Origin: the human T2T-CHM13v2.0 reference genome, Homo sapiens
Assembly: GCF_009914755.1 (NCBI RefSeq)
Contig: NC_060930.1
DNA length: 64,000 bases
Strand: one strand, 5' to 3'
Below are positions 12,282 to 27,033 of this stretch, piece by piece (within the stretch, counting starts at the first letter, position 1; the number at the start of each line of letters is the position of its first letter). A model generated the notes under the pieces. It was not told the origin of the DNA. It worked only from the letters and a program-made list of their open reading frames with translations, and did no database searches. The translations under genes and the position numbers were made by a program.

Positions 12282-14424
12282 TTTTCCTCTCGAAAGAAGT
12301 CCATCTAACTGCAATTAGAATAAAGATAGGGATAAGGATGATGAATAATCTTAACTGCTTCCTGCTGACAGAGTGTGCTGTTTTGGAAAAATAGCAGTCA
12401 GATCTCCCTCAGAGGCTCATCTAAAGGTCCCCATAAAAAGGGGGTCATTGTTTTGAGGCTTCAGTTGCATGAACGCTTGGTATTCAATGGCCTGAAGGTG
12501 AGAAGGGATAAACTGGGTTGTTGAAACACATGTGTCAAAAGGAAACAAGGAGGTAAGGACAGCTAAAAAGTCCAGAGGCTGCTGACATACCCAGGTAACT
12601 GGTAGCTATAGTTATGCTTGCTAAGATTAGGTTATATGGTGCTTAGCTTTGGTTAGCTCTCTTGGTCTTACTTTCTGCCCCCCTCCACAACTCCCCCCAA
12701 AAAACTCTCCTGGTTATTGGCACCCTATTTAATCCCATCACCCGACACTATTTACAGGACAATTGCTGAGAACTAGAATACTGATCCAGATTTGTATATT
12801 GCCCATCCCTTCTCTTTCTTCTGAGCTGCAGCCAGAGATCACTGGTTGGTTCACAGGAATAAGCAGGGTTAGTTTAAAATGTAGGATAAAAACGAAAAAA
12901 CAACAAATGAGTCTAGAATTTAATGACAAATGTATGATAAGGTTGGAACATATTTGTCTCTTGAGTGCTCATTTTTGTTCAAAACACATCCTGATAGTAC
13001 TGGGTTGCTTGCAAAATAAACTTTAGTCTTACACTTGGCCTGGTTATTTGCATAAAATGCAGCAAGACTAATTATTTTTAAGTAGGCTTTTTAAATTGGC
13101 TTTGATGGAAGTTTGTTTCTCAAGCAATCTCAGACAGAACTTCTTAAAGCCAAGCCCAGCCATGGGTTTGTACCTGCAAATACCTATAAGTTGTGTGAAT
13201 TCCACTCTTCTCAAGCTCCCAAGAATATGGGGTTCCCGGGCCTGTTAAAAAGTGACATTCTTAACTCACTGCCAGTTAGGAAACCTGTACGGGTACTGTG
13301 TAGACAAAGTATGAAGCCAGTTTTCCCAAGGGGCTTTTATCAGCTCTGCAAGTCGAGCTTGACACCTTAAAGTGAAGCAAACCCTTCCAGTCAAAGTCTT
13401 GACAGATAGTTTCTCTAATTGGGTACTGTTACAAAAGAAAATGGATTCTTATTGCACTGATGCAAATAACCATATTGCCATAAGTTAAGAATACTCACAG
13501 ATAGTTTACAAATTCTAGAGAAACCAGACAAAAAGAAACAAACATGCTGAAAATCTTGTTCACAGGAGTCCACCTTACTCACTTATTAAAGACTGTAAAT
13601 AGCTCAAAATAAAAGTTTCTTTGACTCTGAAAGACAAAACCAACATCAGAAATGTTTTAAGAAAAAGTTAAAAAAGATTACTTCAGTTTTCTATTTGTTG
13701 ATTGTTCTTGATAATTGTGAATATATCAGCCCCTCATGAGTCTTGTAAGTTTTTTCTTTATTCCAATGTCACAATCTCCAAAGTTGTCAGAAACCTGCAT
13801 TTGAGAGCCACTGTCAAAGTACTATGGTTGATTATAAACCATCTTTTGAAAAGGATCAAAACAAGACAATTGCCTATAAATAAGAAAATGTCCAGAGTAG
13901 TTACAATCAAATACATGATTGACCGAGTAATTTGGTTATCTCTGTGGTTTATAATAACATAACACCCTTAATTGTGATTAATAGCATACATTCAGACTTC
14001 AAACCTGAGAAATTCCATGCAATTTTGGAATATATATGACTATTATTCACTAAAATATAACCTGAAGAAGATTAAACATCATTTTGGCAATCCCACATAC
14101 CTACACATTTCAGGTAATCCTGTTTCCCTCTCTTCTGGATGCTCCAGGGGCCTTCCATAGCATCCAAAAGCTAGGGGTCATGAAAGACAATGCTGAAGCT
14201 GAAATTTGATTTGGGGGAGACTGTTAAATATGCTAGAGGATTAAAACACTTGATTTTATGAAATAGAATTCCAGATTGCCATAAGTTTTTTGTTGTGCCA
14301 AAATGACTCAAACATTTTAAAACAAGGGAAAAACCTTTTCTCATTAACAGGAAATACTTAGCTTTCCAATTTGTCTCCTGTCTTCTCTTTCTTTTCCTTG
14401 GCAGGGTATCCCCAAGACAAATAG

Positions 14425-14830
<406 letters not shown>

Positions 14831-17370
14831 ATCAATCCTAATTTTCTAGTAAAACCTTATAGACAATTCTATCCAATCTTAACCAGTTTGACCATGAGGC
14901 AAGATTCTTATCAATCCTTTTAACTCTTTACAAATTTTACTAAAGAGTAGATTAATGCCTTAAGGAAAACTTCTGCTCCTATTTCAATGCCCAATTTACA
15001 GAAAAACCATATAATACCCTTTTTAATTTAGTGTTCACACACATAATTTTTTGTGCAAGATTAAATTTAGAAACCTTCCATAACTTGCTTAAACCTTTAG
15101 CTTTATCTTATCTAATTTAAAACAATCCTTTAACCCTAGGCAAAAATTTACATTTCCATGCCTTCTTATAATCTTTTTTTCTAAAAGCATATTTTATTCT
15201 TACACACCTTGCATGTAAATCTATTTTTTCAGTGCTCTCAATTACATGTTACAATTTTTTAACTTTAGCATTTTTTTAACTTTAATGTAAAATCTGGTAA
15301 GTTGTTTTCATTACACACTAGGTGCCAATAAACTTTGACTGCTTCCAGCATATTTAAGGGAGTGGTTAATTCCATATGTCCTCAGGCCTTACGAATTGTG
15401 AAGCAGGCAGGTGAAACAATTCTCAACAGCTAAAGAAGCAGTTTATAACCTAAAAACATTTAGTAAACCTAGTATCTAACCCATATAATTTAGGCCACCT
15501 ACTTACATTGTAATGACATTTGTGTTTTACCAATAATCTTTAAGACTGTTTTTATTTCTCAAAGATTAAAGTCATATGAACTAAAAAGCATTACAGCTTG
15601 TATTTTTTCCTCAAAAATATTTGACCTAAGCACTTATTTTTATTTAGGACAATTAATAAGAACTCTTTTTTATAGACATTACACACAACACATATGTAAC
15701 TACACAGACAGAAGAAGATACAATAGTTATAAAATTTTTCATTTGTCAATCTCTTAATAGGATTATTGGTCTCTGGGTGGGGCTCTTTAAGAGCAGACCT
15801 AGGAGATAGTGCAGTTTCTAGGGCCTAATAAACAGGCATAGCTGGAAGACAAAAACAGATTTTGAGAGAGATCTATCTGCCTCTAATTCCTGGGGTTCCA
15901 TGAGGAAAAGAGAAGTTTCTCCCAAAATGGAATTCATGGCACTTTTTTGTTTTTCCCAAGGAGTCCCAGGGCATTAGAAGTTATCTTAGGGCCTCTCCTG
16001 CATGCATTAATAATGGAAAGGCAAAGTGGAGAGAAGTAATTTAATCTACTGAGAAAGAAAAAAAAACAACTTTTTCCAGCAAAGCAAGGTCCAAGAAGAG
16101 AAAAGGATAAAGTCCTTTCAAATATACCTGTAACTTGAATATCCACTTTTAATTAAGCTGAGCACTCTTTAAGAAAGTCCTTTTCAATCCCATATTACCC
16201 AACTTTAATTATGCCAAGCAGCCAGTATTTCTGGCTTTTGAACGTTATCAGCAGTAACCTTACAGGTGAAACCAACAAGCCTCAATTAAGAAACCAAAAG
16301 CACACTAGATTGTCTACAGCTTAAGACCAACCCCATAAATCCTTTTTCATTAATCAAAACTTTACAGAGAATATAAACAGTGATTCTTATCATTCCTTTT
16401 ACCACTCTGCCCAAGGAGAGAGAGGTTAAAATTTTGACTGGTAAAAAAATATTTTACCCATTTGCTGGCATGTCATGCTTCCCCCAAGCTCAATTCTAAG
16501 CAAACTAGTTTAAGGTTTCAGATATTAACTTTTCTCAGTTTGAAGGATGCATCCAAGCAGAGTGTCCCTTGGTATGGGGACACACCCATCTGTGAAGAGA
16601 GGACAAAGGAGGAAAAAGGCATTTCTTTTTCAAAGAAGGCTTAGGGGTTCAGGATACATTCAAAAGGGGGATGGACTGAAGATGAACAGGTACTCAGAAA
16701 AAGGGGAGCCAGGCATCCCTGGGGTACATGAGGGATAGAAAGAAAAAGCATTGTCTTTCCTTCTTTTGTCCTTATATCCCCGAGTCCTGGCAACCTTGAC
16801 AAGGTTTCACATGCCGCTTTCACCCATGATAACGGGGGTCTAAGGGGTGAGATTATCCATTCTTACCTACATGCTGCCTTTCCCTCTGCTGTCAGTAGCC
16901 TTTGAATTTCCTAGACCTCATTTATGCCATGGATAATAGCAAGACATTTACCCATGAAACAAGAGGCTTGGCTTAATTGAAAGAAATTAGTCACGCTCAC
17001 CTGTGCTCTGTGCTGCACCTTTTAACTTTCATTGATATCTGCTTCTGGATCCCTCAGATCCAGTTTTTTGTTTGTTTGGTTGTTTTTTACCCCTAGGGCT
17101 TCAATCGAAGCTTGGAATTGAGTTTGGGATGAAAGAACTGCCTCAGGGGGTGCATGGACTCATCAAGTCCCAGGTTTCCCTCATCTGACTGACTGTTGCC
17201 TTATTATCATAAGCTGAATGCTAAGGTGAAGCTGTGGAACTGGGTGTTTCTCAAACAAGGAGGGGAAAAAGTCTGTCCTGTGAATTGGGGTCCTGGTGTA
17301 ATAAGATGCCTTCCAAAAGGAAAAAAAATCCTTGGCATACTGAACCCCCTCTACTCACAGGGCTCTTTTA

Positions 17371-17449
17371 TTAGGTTGGTGCAAAAGCAACTGCAGTCCC
17401 CACCATTCTAAGTAATGGCAAAAACCACAATTACTTTCTCACCAACTAA
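17371..17449. mobile_element. MADE1 (Hsmar1-derived MITE)
   Basis: TTAGGTTGGTGCAAAAG...TAATGGCAAAAACCACAATTACTTTCTCACCAACTAA, preceded by TA. Confidence 0.85.
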
Positions 17450-18508
17450 CCAACTCCTGATTTGGTAGAGAAAAAGAAAAAAAATAACAGCTTAAATACA
17501 AGGCTGTGCTAACTGCTGATAGGGTAGAGAAAAGAAAAAAAAAAGCTTAAATATAGAGCTGGGTTAACTACTGACAGAGTGGAGAAAAAAAAAAGATGCC
17601 TGGGGAAGAAACCTCTTATTCTTGTGCAAATAGGTTTCTCCAATAGGGAGATAAGCTTTTAATTGCTGTCAGATGGAGCTGGACCCCTTGACCTGGGGAG
17701 GGGAACACTTCATGGATGCATGGTGGGAAATGTGGGCCAGCTGGCCAAGTGAGGTCTGGGTCCCTGAGACCACCATAGGGCCCAGGCAGTGGCTGTGACT
17801 CAGTCCATCCTAGTGTGGGTGTTGGACACCATATGCATATGCGGCAGACATGAACATGCACCCCAGCTGGGAGGGAACGGTGTGGTGGGGAGCTGCCATT
17901 TGCCTATCTGTCCAAGTGCATGCCTGTGGCATTGGGGTGGGGCCAAAACACCCCCAATATTGTAAAAGAAAAAATAGGTTCCATTACAGTCACAAAATAT
18001 AAAAGAAGGGAAATTCCATAGAAAAAACTGGGTTGGACCAAGGCTGACATTCCTGACTCCTGAGAGTGACGGAATGGTGGGGGCAGTTTCCTCTGCTTCC
18101 AGGAAATGTCCAAGGATGAGAAAGCTCAGAAACAAAAGTGAAAGAGGTTTGGGTGTCCTCATTTTACTCACCCGTCCTCATGTCCTCATCCACGCTGCCA
18201 AAGTGATGCAGGATTTTTGCTCCTTAGTTCAGCTAAAATCTGAGCTCTTGTCTCATGACCAGGAAAAATTAAGCATGCAGACACATTGAAAGGTGAGGAG
18301 AGAAGAATTTATTAAACAAAAGGAAAGCTCTCAACAAAAATAGGGGTCCTGCACACAGGTTTTCCAGCTCAGAAAACTGAATACCAGGCCACCACACATG
18401 AGCTAAAGAGGCCAGGCTCCTCTCCAGCATAAGGCACAAGTTTCTGGTGGCTCCACCCCATTCTTCCAGTGCGCATGTGAACCTTTAGTGTGAGCCACTC
18501 CACATTGA

Positions 18509-18867
<359 letters not shown>

Positions 18868-18883
18868 TGGAATTTTTCATCAT

Positions 18884-18903
18884 GGGCATGTTTAGGTAAG
18901 CCC
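18884..18903. promoter_or_regulatory. p53 response element-like site, one core mismatch
   Basis: GGGCATGTTT AGGtAAGCCC against RRRCWWGYYY x2 with no spacer. MER61 LTRs are known carriers of p53 sites. Confidence 0.6.
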
Positions 18904-19479
18904 CCCGTGACTAGACACCATGACTAGACAGCATTTGACTGTCTCCTGCCTCTATCGATAGCATAAGAGACTTCAGTGTAAGAGCTGTTGTGCATTATGT
19001 GGTCATTGACTTATCCAGATACAAAGGAGCTGGAAGATGTTTTCCTGTGAGTCCACTGGGGCAATTAAACTATGTAAGAAACACACAACATTGTATCTGC
19101 CAGAAACTGCCTTTCCTGTAACTAAAGATTATTTTATAGTAACTATTTTATAGTGGCACCACCTAGTTGCAAGAGCTCTGAGAAATGTTATTTTCTAATG
19201 CAGCCAAGAAGGAAAGGAAACCATTTAATGAACATACAGTGTTGCATCCCCAAAGTAATGGATACGGCAAGGACTTCTCTTTCTGAGAAAGTAGCTACTC
19301 ATAAAAACACCAGAAATTAAGTACAAGTAAATATACTTCTGCCAGCTATGAAGAAACAGGGATTGCATTGGGACAGGCAACCAGCAGTACCTGCTAATCA
19401 AAGCAATACTAAATTTTTGGGTATTCCCCAACAAGCTGTCCTATTTCAATTCTGCCACATTTGATATACACTGTATTGT

Positions 19480-19765
19480 TTATTTGGAATGTCACTCCCT
19501 TCTTTGCTGACTGGCAAGTCCTGAATCACCCTTCAAAAGTTCATCCATCAAAACCTCTATTAAGACCTACCTCCCTAAAATACACAACGCATGTACCAAC
19601 TTTACCATTCAGTTTACACTAAACTTTATTATATTGTTTGGTTATCTGGATTTTATTATCTGCCCTGAGCAAACAATTTTTTTCATTTATTTGTTCCTTC
19701 TTCTTTGAACTTTTAGTACTAGCATAGGTCCTGGCATGTAACAGATGCACAATTAATATCTGTTT
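19480..19765 (+). mobile_element. L2 fragment
   Basis: TTGGAATGTCACTCCC...CCTTCAAAAG...CTAGCATAGGTCCTGGCATGTAACAGATGCACAATTAATATCTGTT. Confidence 0.55.
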
Positions 19766-22700
19766 CTCTTTTAAATTTTATTTGAATTTAGTAGCCAGAT
19801 TACTGACCAACTTTCCCTTTCAATCCATTGGTCCAAATAAACATAAAAGAACATTTTATAAAAGGACTATAACTAATGTCCTTTCTAGAAAAAATCTCTA
19901 CCACATGAATTAAGATGATTAGAGGATATGTGCCTCTTGTATTTAGGTAGAAAAGAAAAGACAGCATTGTAGCAGGAAATAAGTGGTTGGAAGATTAGGG
20001 AATGACTGAGCCAAGGTAAATTTTGAAAACATAATTTTCAATTGAATTGTAAATTTAGCTACCACTTACACAAAAACAGAAAGGACAAAAGAATCATTGT
20101 GACATATTCTACAAGCCCACTTAATACATTACAGATTGCAACAAGCTTCTCTTCTTATTTTTGAGAGTTTTGGACTTTTTGTCCTCAGATCATTAGTTGT
20201 TTATATTAATTTTAAACCCTTTCGATAGTACACAAAATTTTAAAAAATCTGCATGTTGTGTTTGTAAATTCCTGAGAAATTATAGCCTTCTGAAAAAAAA
20301 GTGAATTAGAAATATGACATATAATTCCTAATTACCTAGCCACGGTTTGATACTGTGCAGATTATGAGAAGTCAGCTTTTAAAAGTAATTATGCTTATTT
20401 GATCTATGTAAAATAATGGAGCAGTTGAAAACTCTATTTTGTTTTCTTAGAAAAATATTGTTTATGTTTTTGTTGGACTAAAGTGTCACTTGTGCTGTTC
20501 AAATTAATACTGAATGCTACATTAGGTGTTTTGATATGATTTAAGGATGAAGAAAAATGATTATTTATATATATATACATTTATTTATTTTTCTAGGGAC
20601 AAAAAACAATGAAAAATTATAGGCAGTAACACTTAAAATGAAAGTTACTAGTGATAGGTAATTTCTTTTCCTCTGATTTCCAAAAACCAACTGTAAAGTG
20701 ACCATGTCATTTCCTATTTCTGTGTTTTCCCTCAATTTTGTCCATTGGATCCACAAATCCTCCCAAAACAGAATTGTTGCCATCACTCTCTGCATCAAAT
20801 TACACTGTGAAGAAAATATACCAAGCAAGATCACTAATCTATGAACATAGTTTTATTTGACATGTTGCCATTTATTCTTATCTTGTGACATGGAATACAG
20901 AATATTACCTTGTAGTTTTCTGTGATAAATCCATAATATCAACATATATTATTGATCCTCACCCTCACCCATCCTTGGGCTTTATCACAATTCTAAATTT
21001 TAGTTCAGACTCCTTGTATCTTTCTTCTTGCTTGCTTGCTTTTTTTTTTTTTTTCACTTTTTTGCTCACTAAAATCAGTCTTTTATTGACTTACTTTAAC
21101 ACTTGTTTGCCTTCCCAAACCAAGGCCTCCTTTGCTTAGAACTAACTCCTGGTTCTCATCTTGTCCTTTATATAATAAAGTCAGTTACTCATAGTCAGTT
21201 ACTCACAGTGATTTCTGTGGCATAGGTTCTTTGTTGGAGTACCTGTTCTTGAGCTTGAGTACAGTAGCAGTAGTCATACTTTTCAATCACTAACCCCCAA
21301 AACAATGATCAAAAGCCTTTTAGACTTTTTAAACTTTCCTAAATATTCACAATTCTTATGCTGATTAACTTACTGAAAAACAAAATAACTTTTGTTTATT
21401 TATTGATTACTTTCTTAAAATAAGATCGTAGAAATCAATTTTGTGGTCAAAGATACATAATTTGGGGACTTTCATGTAAGTTAGACAGTTGCCGTTCAGA
21501 AAGATTATGTTCACCTGTTCATCTGTATTTTCATCCCTCTTTTCTTTTTATGACTTTTCCAGTTAAATATATTTTTACAATATTGGATATTACTTTTCTA
21601 AGAACATACATATATCACAAAGAAAATGATGTAGCTATATTAGTAACACTCAAAATAATTTTAAGAAAAAAATTATTACTTCACAGGATATTAGTAATAA
21701 AAGACAACTTTAATTTACAGGTAAGTTACAAAAGTCATATATTTGTATTTGTTACATTAGAAATTTATAAAGTTGAAATTGATTAACTGGTTTACGAGGG
21801 GAATATTAACAGTTCATCATTAGTATATTGAGGAATTTTATTGTGTTAACTATCAGGTATTTTCAACATAATATTTGATACATAAAAATAATATATGTAA
21901 TATCCATTAGTTAATAAACTGAAAATATCATATAAATTAAGAAACACACCAATCAGTCAATGACATAATTTGTAGCCTATATTTTTATTCTTCCCATTAC
22001 TACAGTCAATTTGTAACTGTTACGTTTTTTGGAGTCAGAGTTAATATGTTCTATTTGGTGCCTGGATGAATAAACTATCAGTCACAGTTTACCTTCATAT
22101 TTGAATGAACACAATAAATATTTATCTGACTGCCCGTGGGGATTACCTCGCCAGCCCTGCCATTGTACACAGTCACTGCAGACAAGATCTTAACTGCACC
22201 AAAAGCCATTAGCTACTTGGGGGCAAAAGAGTGGGATGGAAGGAGGGCTTGCAAACAACTGAGTAATAAAAAAGAGAGTTTGTATACTCTATAGCTGGCA
22301 GTGTCATTACTACAAATGGTAGAATAAAGGTAGGAGAAGTCATGATTAAGAGCAGGAACCAAGGTTCAGTGCAATAAGGCAAACTTCAGATAGTGATCTT
22401 AGCCCTGGATGCCCTGGCCAACAATCCACCCTTCTATACATTTTTACACTCTGTTGCACCGTTGCCAATAGTGTGGCTGTGTGGTCCAGGCAATGGCAGC
22501 AACAATTACTTGTTCAAGGAAGCACCTTTTGGCTAAATGAACTCTAGGAATTTCTTGCCTTATAGATATCCAAAATACAAATCCAGATCATGCTTAAAGC
22601 CACAAAACAAGGCTTCACACATACTTCTTGTCTACTTTGAAATTCCAAACATCTTTGATAATGACTAAGAGACTCATTTTGTATCTCAAAATACACCAGG

Positions 22701-23234
22701 CTGGATTGTTAAATAAGAAACTCACAGGATTTTTACCATCCTTTCCCCTTTCAGGCTATAGTCCTCATAGAGCACCATAATGATTATTTAATCAAGTTTA
22801 AATGTCATTAAATGAAATATGACTGATTAAATTCATCAAACATCAGGGAGGATTTATAGTAAACAATCCAACTCAATTTTTGATGTTTGAGTACTGACAG
22901 TGTCAAAGTACCACCATCTGGAGAAGTTGATAAAAAGCTCACACTCTGTTGGTGCCAGCAGTAAGTTATAACCATACAATCCTCCACCAGCCCCACCCAG
23001 CTCCTTATACCAGCCCTTATACCAGCTCCACTCCTTAACTACAATAAAACACTGAATCCTCATCTTTATTACCCTACCTATTAAGGCCTGCCTACCTACT
23101 GCAACACTCCCAATTCCCCTTTTTCTATTCTGCTTGTAAGAGGAGGAGTCTTATTTATCACATATACTCTTTATTTTTGTTCGTTTTTGTTAGATTTCAA
23201 GTTCAAGTAAGCAGTGACATTTTGTTCTGCATCG

Positions 23235-23322
23235 TGTTGTTCAGTGTGGTGTATTCATTATGAAAATAATGCCTGGAATAGTATTGTGCATAGTCAGTGC
23301 TCAAAAAATGTCTGCTGAATGC
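23235..23322 (+). mobile_element. L2 3' end fragment
   Basis: TGCCTGGAATAGTATTGTGCATAGTCAGTGCTCAAAAAATGTCTGCTGAATG. Confidence 0.5.
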
Positions 23323-23846
23323 ATCACCCTCATTATGTTTTTATTATTCACATCAACTTATTTAATACTTATTGAAGCAAATTGAAGGCTGGCAGCTTGT
23401 ACCACCCATTCCTACTCTCTGACAATGGTATCTCTAGCCTGTCAATTTTCTGTACTGATAATTACAGGGTGGTCAATCACATCCTTCATTAGAACCTTTT
23501 ACTATATTACCATCATAGATTCTTCAATATTATGTCTCAATTATAAAAATCTTACTTTCCTTCGTAAAAGCCTCTAATTTTTATTAGCTCATCATATTTT
23601 TACATTTCTTTGCTTAACTTGATTAAGTTTCTGGATGGTCTGAAATTAAATAACATTTTAAAATACTTTTAAATAAATATTATTTCTGGATTATGAAATT
23701 ATTTTTTACTGATAAATTCAAAATAGAATTAATAAAATTGGATATTCTATACTGTATGCTATTGTGTCTATTTAAAATAAGTTAATTTTTAATCAATTTT
23801 GCAATATGTATTGTTGCAAATTTTCTTTTCAAACAGAGAAAACTTT

Positions 23847-24147
<301 letters not shown>

Positions 24148-24506
24148 CAAACAGAGAAAACTTTGAAAAATTGACTTCAAACAAATGGATTCAAATGTTT
24201 TATGTGATTAAAGATTTAATGTAGACATTGTACATTATGATGTAAGAAAAATTACAAAAGACAACCAATAAATAGGTCTCTAAGGATGAACACACAAAAA
24301 ACATGTAGCAGGTTTTTATCTATGGCTTCAAAAATATGTATTTTTACTGCCATATCGTGAAATGTATTAACTTTCCTTATTTTGATTCTATTTTTGAACC
24401 AGCATTAAAATTTAAATTTGAGTTATTGTTTAGAAAATGGTACAAATATCACATCTATATTATTAATAATTACAAATATTACGTACTTCAATGATAAATA
24501 CTTCAC

Positions 24507-24869
24507 TTTTTCTTTTTTAACTTTTATTTTAAGTTCAGGGTTACATATGCAGATGTGTTACATAGGTAAACTTGTATCATGGGGTTTTGTTGTACAGATT
24601 ATTTCATCATTCAGGTATTAAGCCTAGTACCTATTAGTTCTTTTGTATGATCCTCACCCTTTTCTCACCATACACCCTATGATACACCCCAGTGTGTGTT
24701 GTTCCCCTCGATGTGTGCATGTGTTCTCATCATTTAGCTTCACTTACAAATGAGAACATGCAGTATTTGGTTTTCTGTTTCTATGTTAGTTTGCTAAAGA
24801 TAATGGCCTCCAGTTCCATCCATGTCCCTGCAAAGGACATGATCTCATTCTTTTTCATGAATGCATAGC
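24507..24869 (-). mobile_element. 5'-truncated L1PA13-like 3' end
   Basis: TTTTAACTTTTATTTTAAGTTCAGGGTTACAT...GGACATGATCTCATTCTTTTTCATGAATGCATAG. Confidence 0.88.
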
Positions 24870-25087
24870 AGTTCTCTTTTCCTGTGTCTTCTGTACTTTT
24901 CTAGAATTTCTTTTTGAATTTTATTACCTTATCTTCATTTTTTTATTAAGAGAATTCTCTACTATCTAAAATCAACCAGTGATTTCCAAAAGACCCTTAT
25001 TTTATGATAGCAATCCCAAGTGAAATCTTGCTTATTAAAATCGAACGTTTTTTCTCATCCTATATAGTCACAGCTTAACTATTACTT

Positions 25088-25415
25088 GTGCTCAGCATAG
25101 TAGCTTGTGCTGTAACCCCAGAACTTTGGAAAGCCAAGGTGGGAGAACCAGATGAAGCCAAGAGTTTGAAGCCAGCCTGGACAACATAGCAATACCTCAT
25201 CTCTTCTAAAAATAATTTGAAAAAATTATCTGGGTATGGTGGCATGAACCTGCAGGCCCAGCTACTCAGAAGGCTGAGGTGGGAGGATCAGTTGGGCCTA
25301 GATGGGCCAGATGTTGAAGCTGCAGTGAGTCGTGATTACGCCACTGCACTCCAGCTTAGGTGAAAGAGTGAGACATTGTCTCGTAAACAGGAAACAAAAA
25401 CAAATAACGAAAACA
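25088..25415 (+). mobile_element. AluJ
   Basis: Diverged dimeric Alu with J diagnostics (GGACAACATAGCAA, GGTGGGAGGATCA, GCTGCAGTGAG) and an A-rich tail. Confidence 0.88.
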
Positions 25416-25667
25416 ACTGTTAATTCTATTTGCAATCAACCACTTCCATTACAACTAACTTCTAATGCCTCTGCAGTATCACTATATTTCAGAAATACAA
25501 TGAACACATTAAATTTATTCTAATACAGTCATTTCATACAAGATAAAAAGGAATATATCATATAGTTTTTGGTTTAAGCCCTCTGATCTCCAAAAATATT
25601 TGTTCCCAATTACAAAATGCAGATTGGTAAGAAGATTGACTATTAACAAAGAGTAAAGGTTATAAAC

Positions 25668-25852
25668 CAGTGATTTTCAAAAGGTGATTTCTGGACCAAC
25701 AACATTAGCATTATTTGGGAATTTGTTAGAAATGCAAATTTGGTCCCTCAATCTGGACTTACTCTCAGAATCTCTGGTGTGAGATTCAGCTTTCTCTGTT
25801 TCAACAGGTCCTCCAAGTTCTTTTTATGAGCATGTAATTTGGAGAACCACTG
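25668..25852. mobile_element. MER5A (hAT-Charlie MITE)
   Basis: CAGTGATTTTCAAA...TTGTTAGAAATGCAAATT...TTTGGAGAACCACTG terminal inverted repeats. Confidence 0.85.
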
Positions 25853-25879
25853 CTGCAGAGAAAGACACTTCTGAGTTAA

Positions 25880-27033
25880 CGTTATAGTATTCTTCAAGAA
25901 TAAGTATTAAACTTCTTGATCGATAAATGCAAACAAAAATGCTGACAATTCTTAAGACATTTCTAATATGACTTTACCAATAATTTTAAAATCAGACTAC
26001 TTACTAAAGATTTTACTTTTGTCACATGAACTTGAAAAGCCTTTGGGCTTATTATTTAACTTATGAGTACTCTTTAAATTTTAGCCATTTCAGTATCTTG
26101 TGGCCAATACACATAACAAAATATATGTACGTACACATAGACACACAAAAAAAACAAAGATCCTATAGTTTTACTTCAGAATTCTAGCCATGAGATATTA
26201 ATACAAACTCTTCAGTTTGCAACAACAAAAACAAAATGGTTGGATCCAAACTGTGGTTTTTATTTAAGTAGAAAAGTAACAGCAGATTTAAAGCAGGCAG
26301 AAAAGAAAATAGAGAAGTAGAGAGCTTAAGAATGCTATAGTTGCAGGTTAACCTTTGGGCTCTGAATTTCTCCTTGATTTAATTTGTCTATCAGTTTAAA
26401 ATGCGCACAAAAAGACCATAATATGTTCATGTTACAGAAACACTTGCAAGTAAAGGCACCATAAAACCAATAGGATGCCTGACAGGGGTTACTCTCATTG
26501 TCTTTCCTTATTCTCAGATTATTTGTTTCTGACTTGTTTTTTCTTAAAAGGAATAACTGAACTGTGACCTAGGGTTTAGTGTAGTGGATTGAAGTGTGCT
26601 GATTGTGGGCAGGACTCCATAGTGTGTCACCACTGAGTCATTTCCACCCTCTTATGTGTGGCAGTTTCTCCAGAGGTCTAACAGCTCCAAAGGGCTCAAA
26701 ACACAGGGAGACCAGCTCCTATATCTGTTTCCTGGATGAGCCTTTTTAAAACTAATTTTTTTGTGGGTTCCCTTTAGGCCCACTGCATGTTGCAATGAGT
26801 TAATACCACAGACACTCCCACTTGTCCACTAGTCACCCAAGGTGCCTTTTGGCTGAGAGAAGCAAAACGCACTTTCTCTTTGGAACTGAGGAAACTCAGT
26901 CTCTCATTTATCAATAAAAATGACAGTTCAGTTTTGCAAATGTGCAGAAAAGCCAATTGAGTTTAATTTGGGAAGAAAAATGCAGTGGAGAAGACCCTAT
27001 AGAATGCACCTCTGAGTTGAAAACCAAACAGCA
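25880..27033 (-). mobile_element. MER4-group ERV internal segment, inverted relative to the rest of the provirus
   Basis: The reverse complement ends ...GTCAGCATTTTTGTTTGCATTTATCG...ATACTATAACG. In MER4-type internal sequence, as I recall it, this precedes the TGTCAAAATTTG.CATAGGAGTTATAAAACTATAAAC seen at 27034. Confidence 0.7.

Noticed and set aside
18178-18203. tRNA identity of the MER61 primer-binding site
   Set aside because: TGGCAGCGTGGATGAGGA is too degenerate to assign reliably by eye.
21179-21206. 14-bp tandem duplication AGTCAGTTACTCA(T/C)
   Set aside because: Ordinary micro-duplication with no further support.
22210-22230. CTCF-like motif CTACTTGGGGGCAA
   Set aside because: About three mismatches to the core, which is expected by chance.
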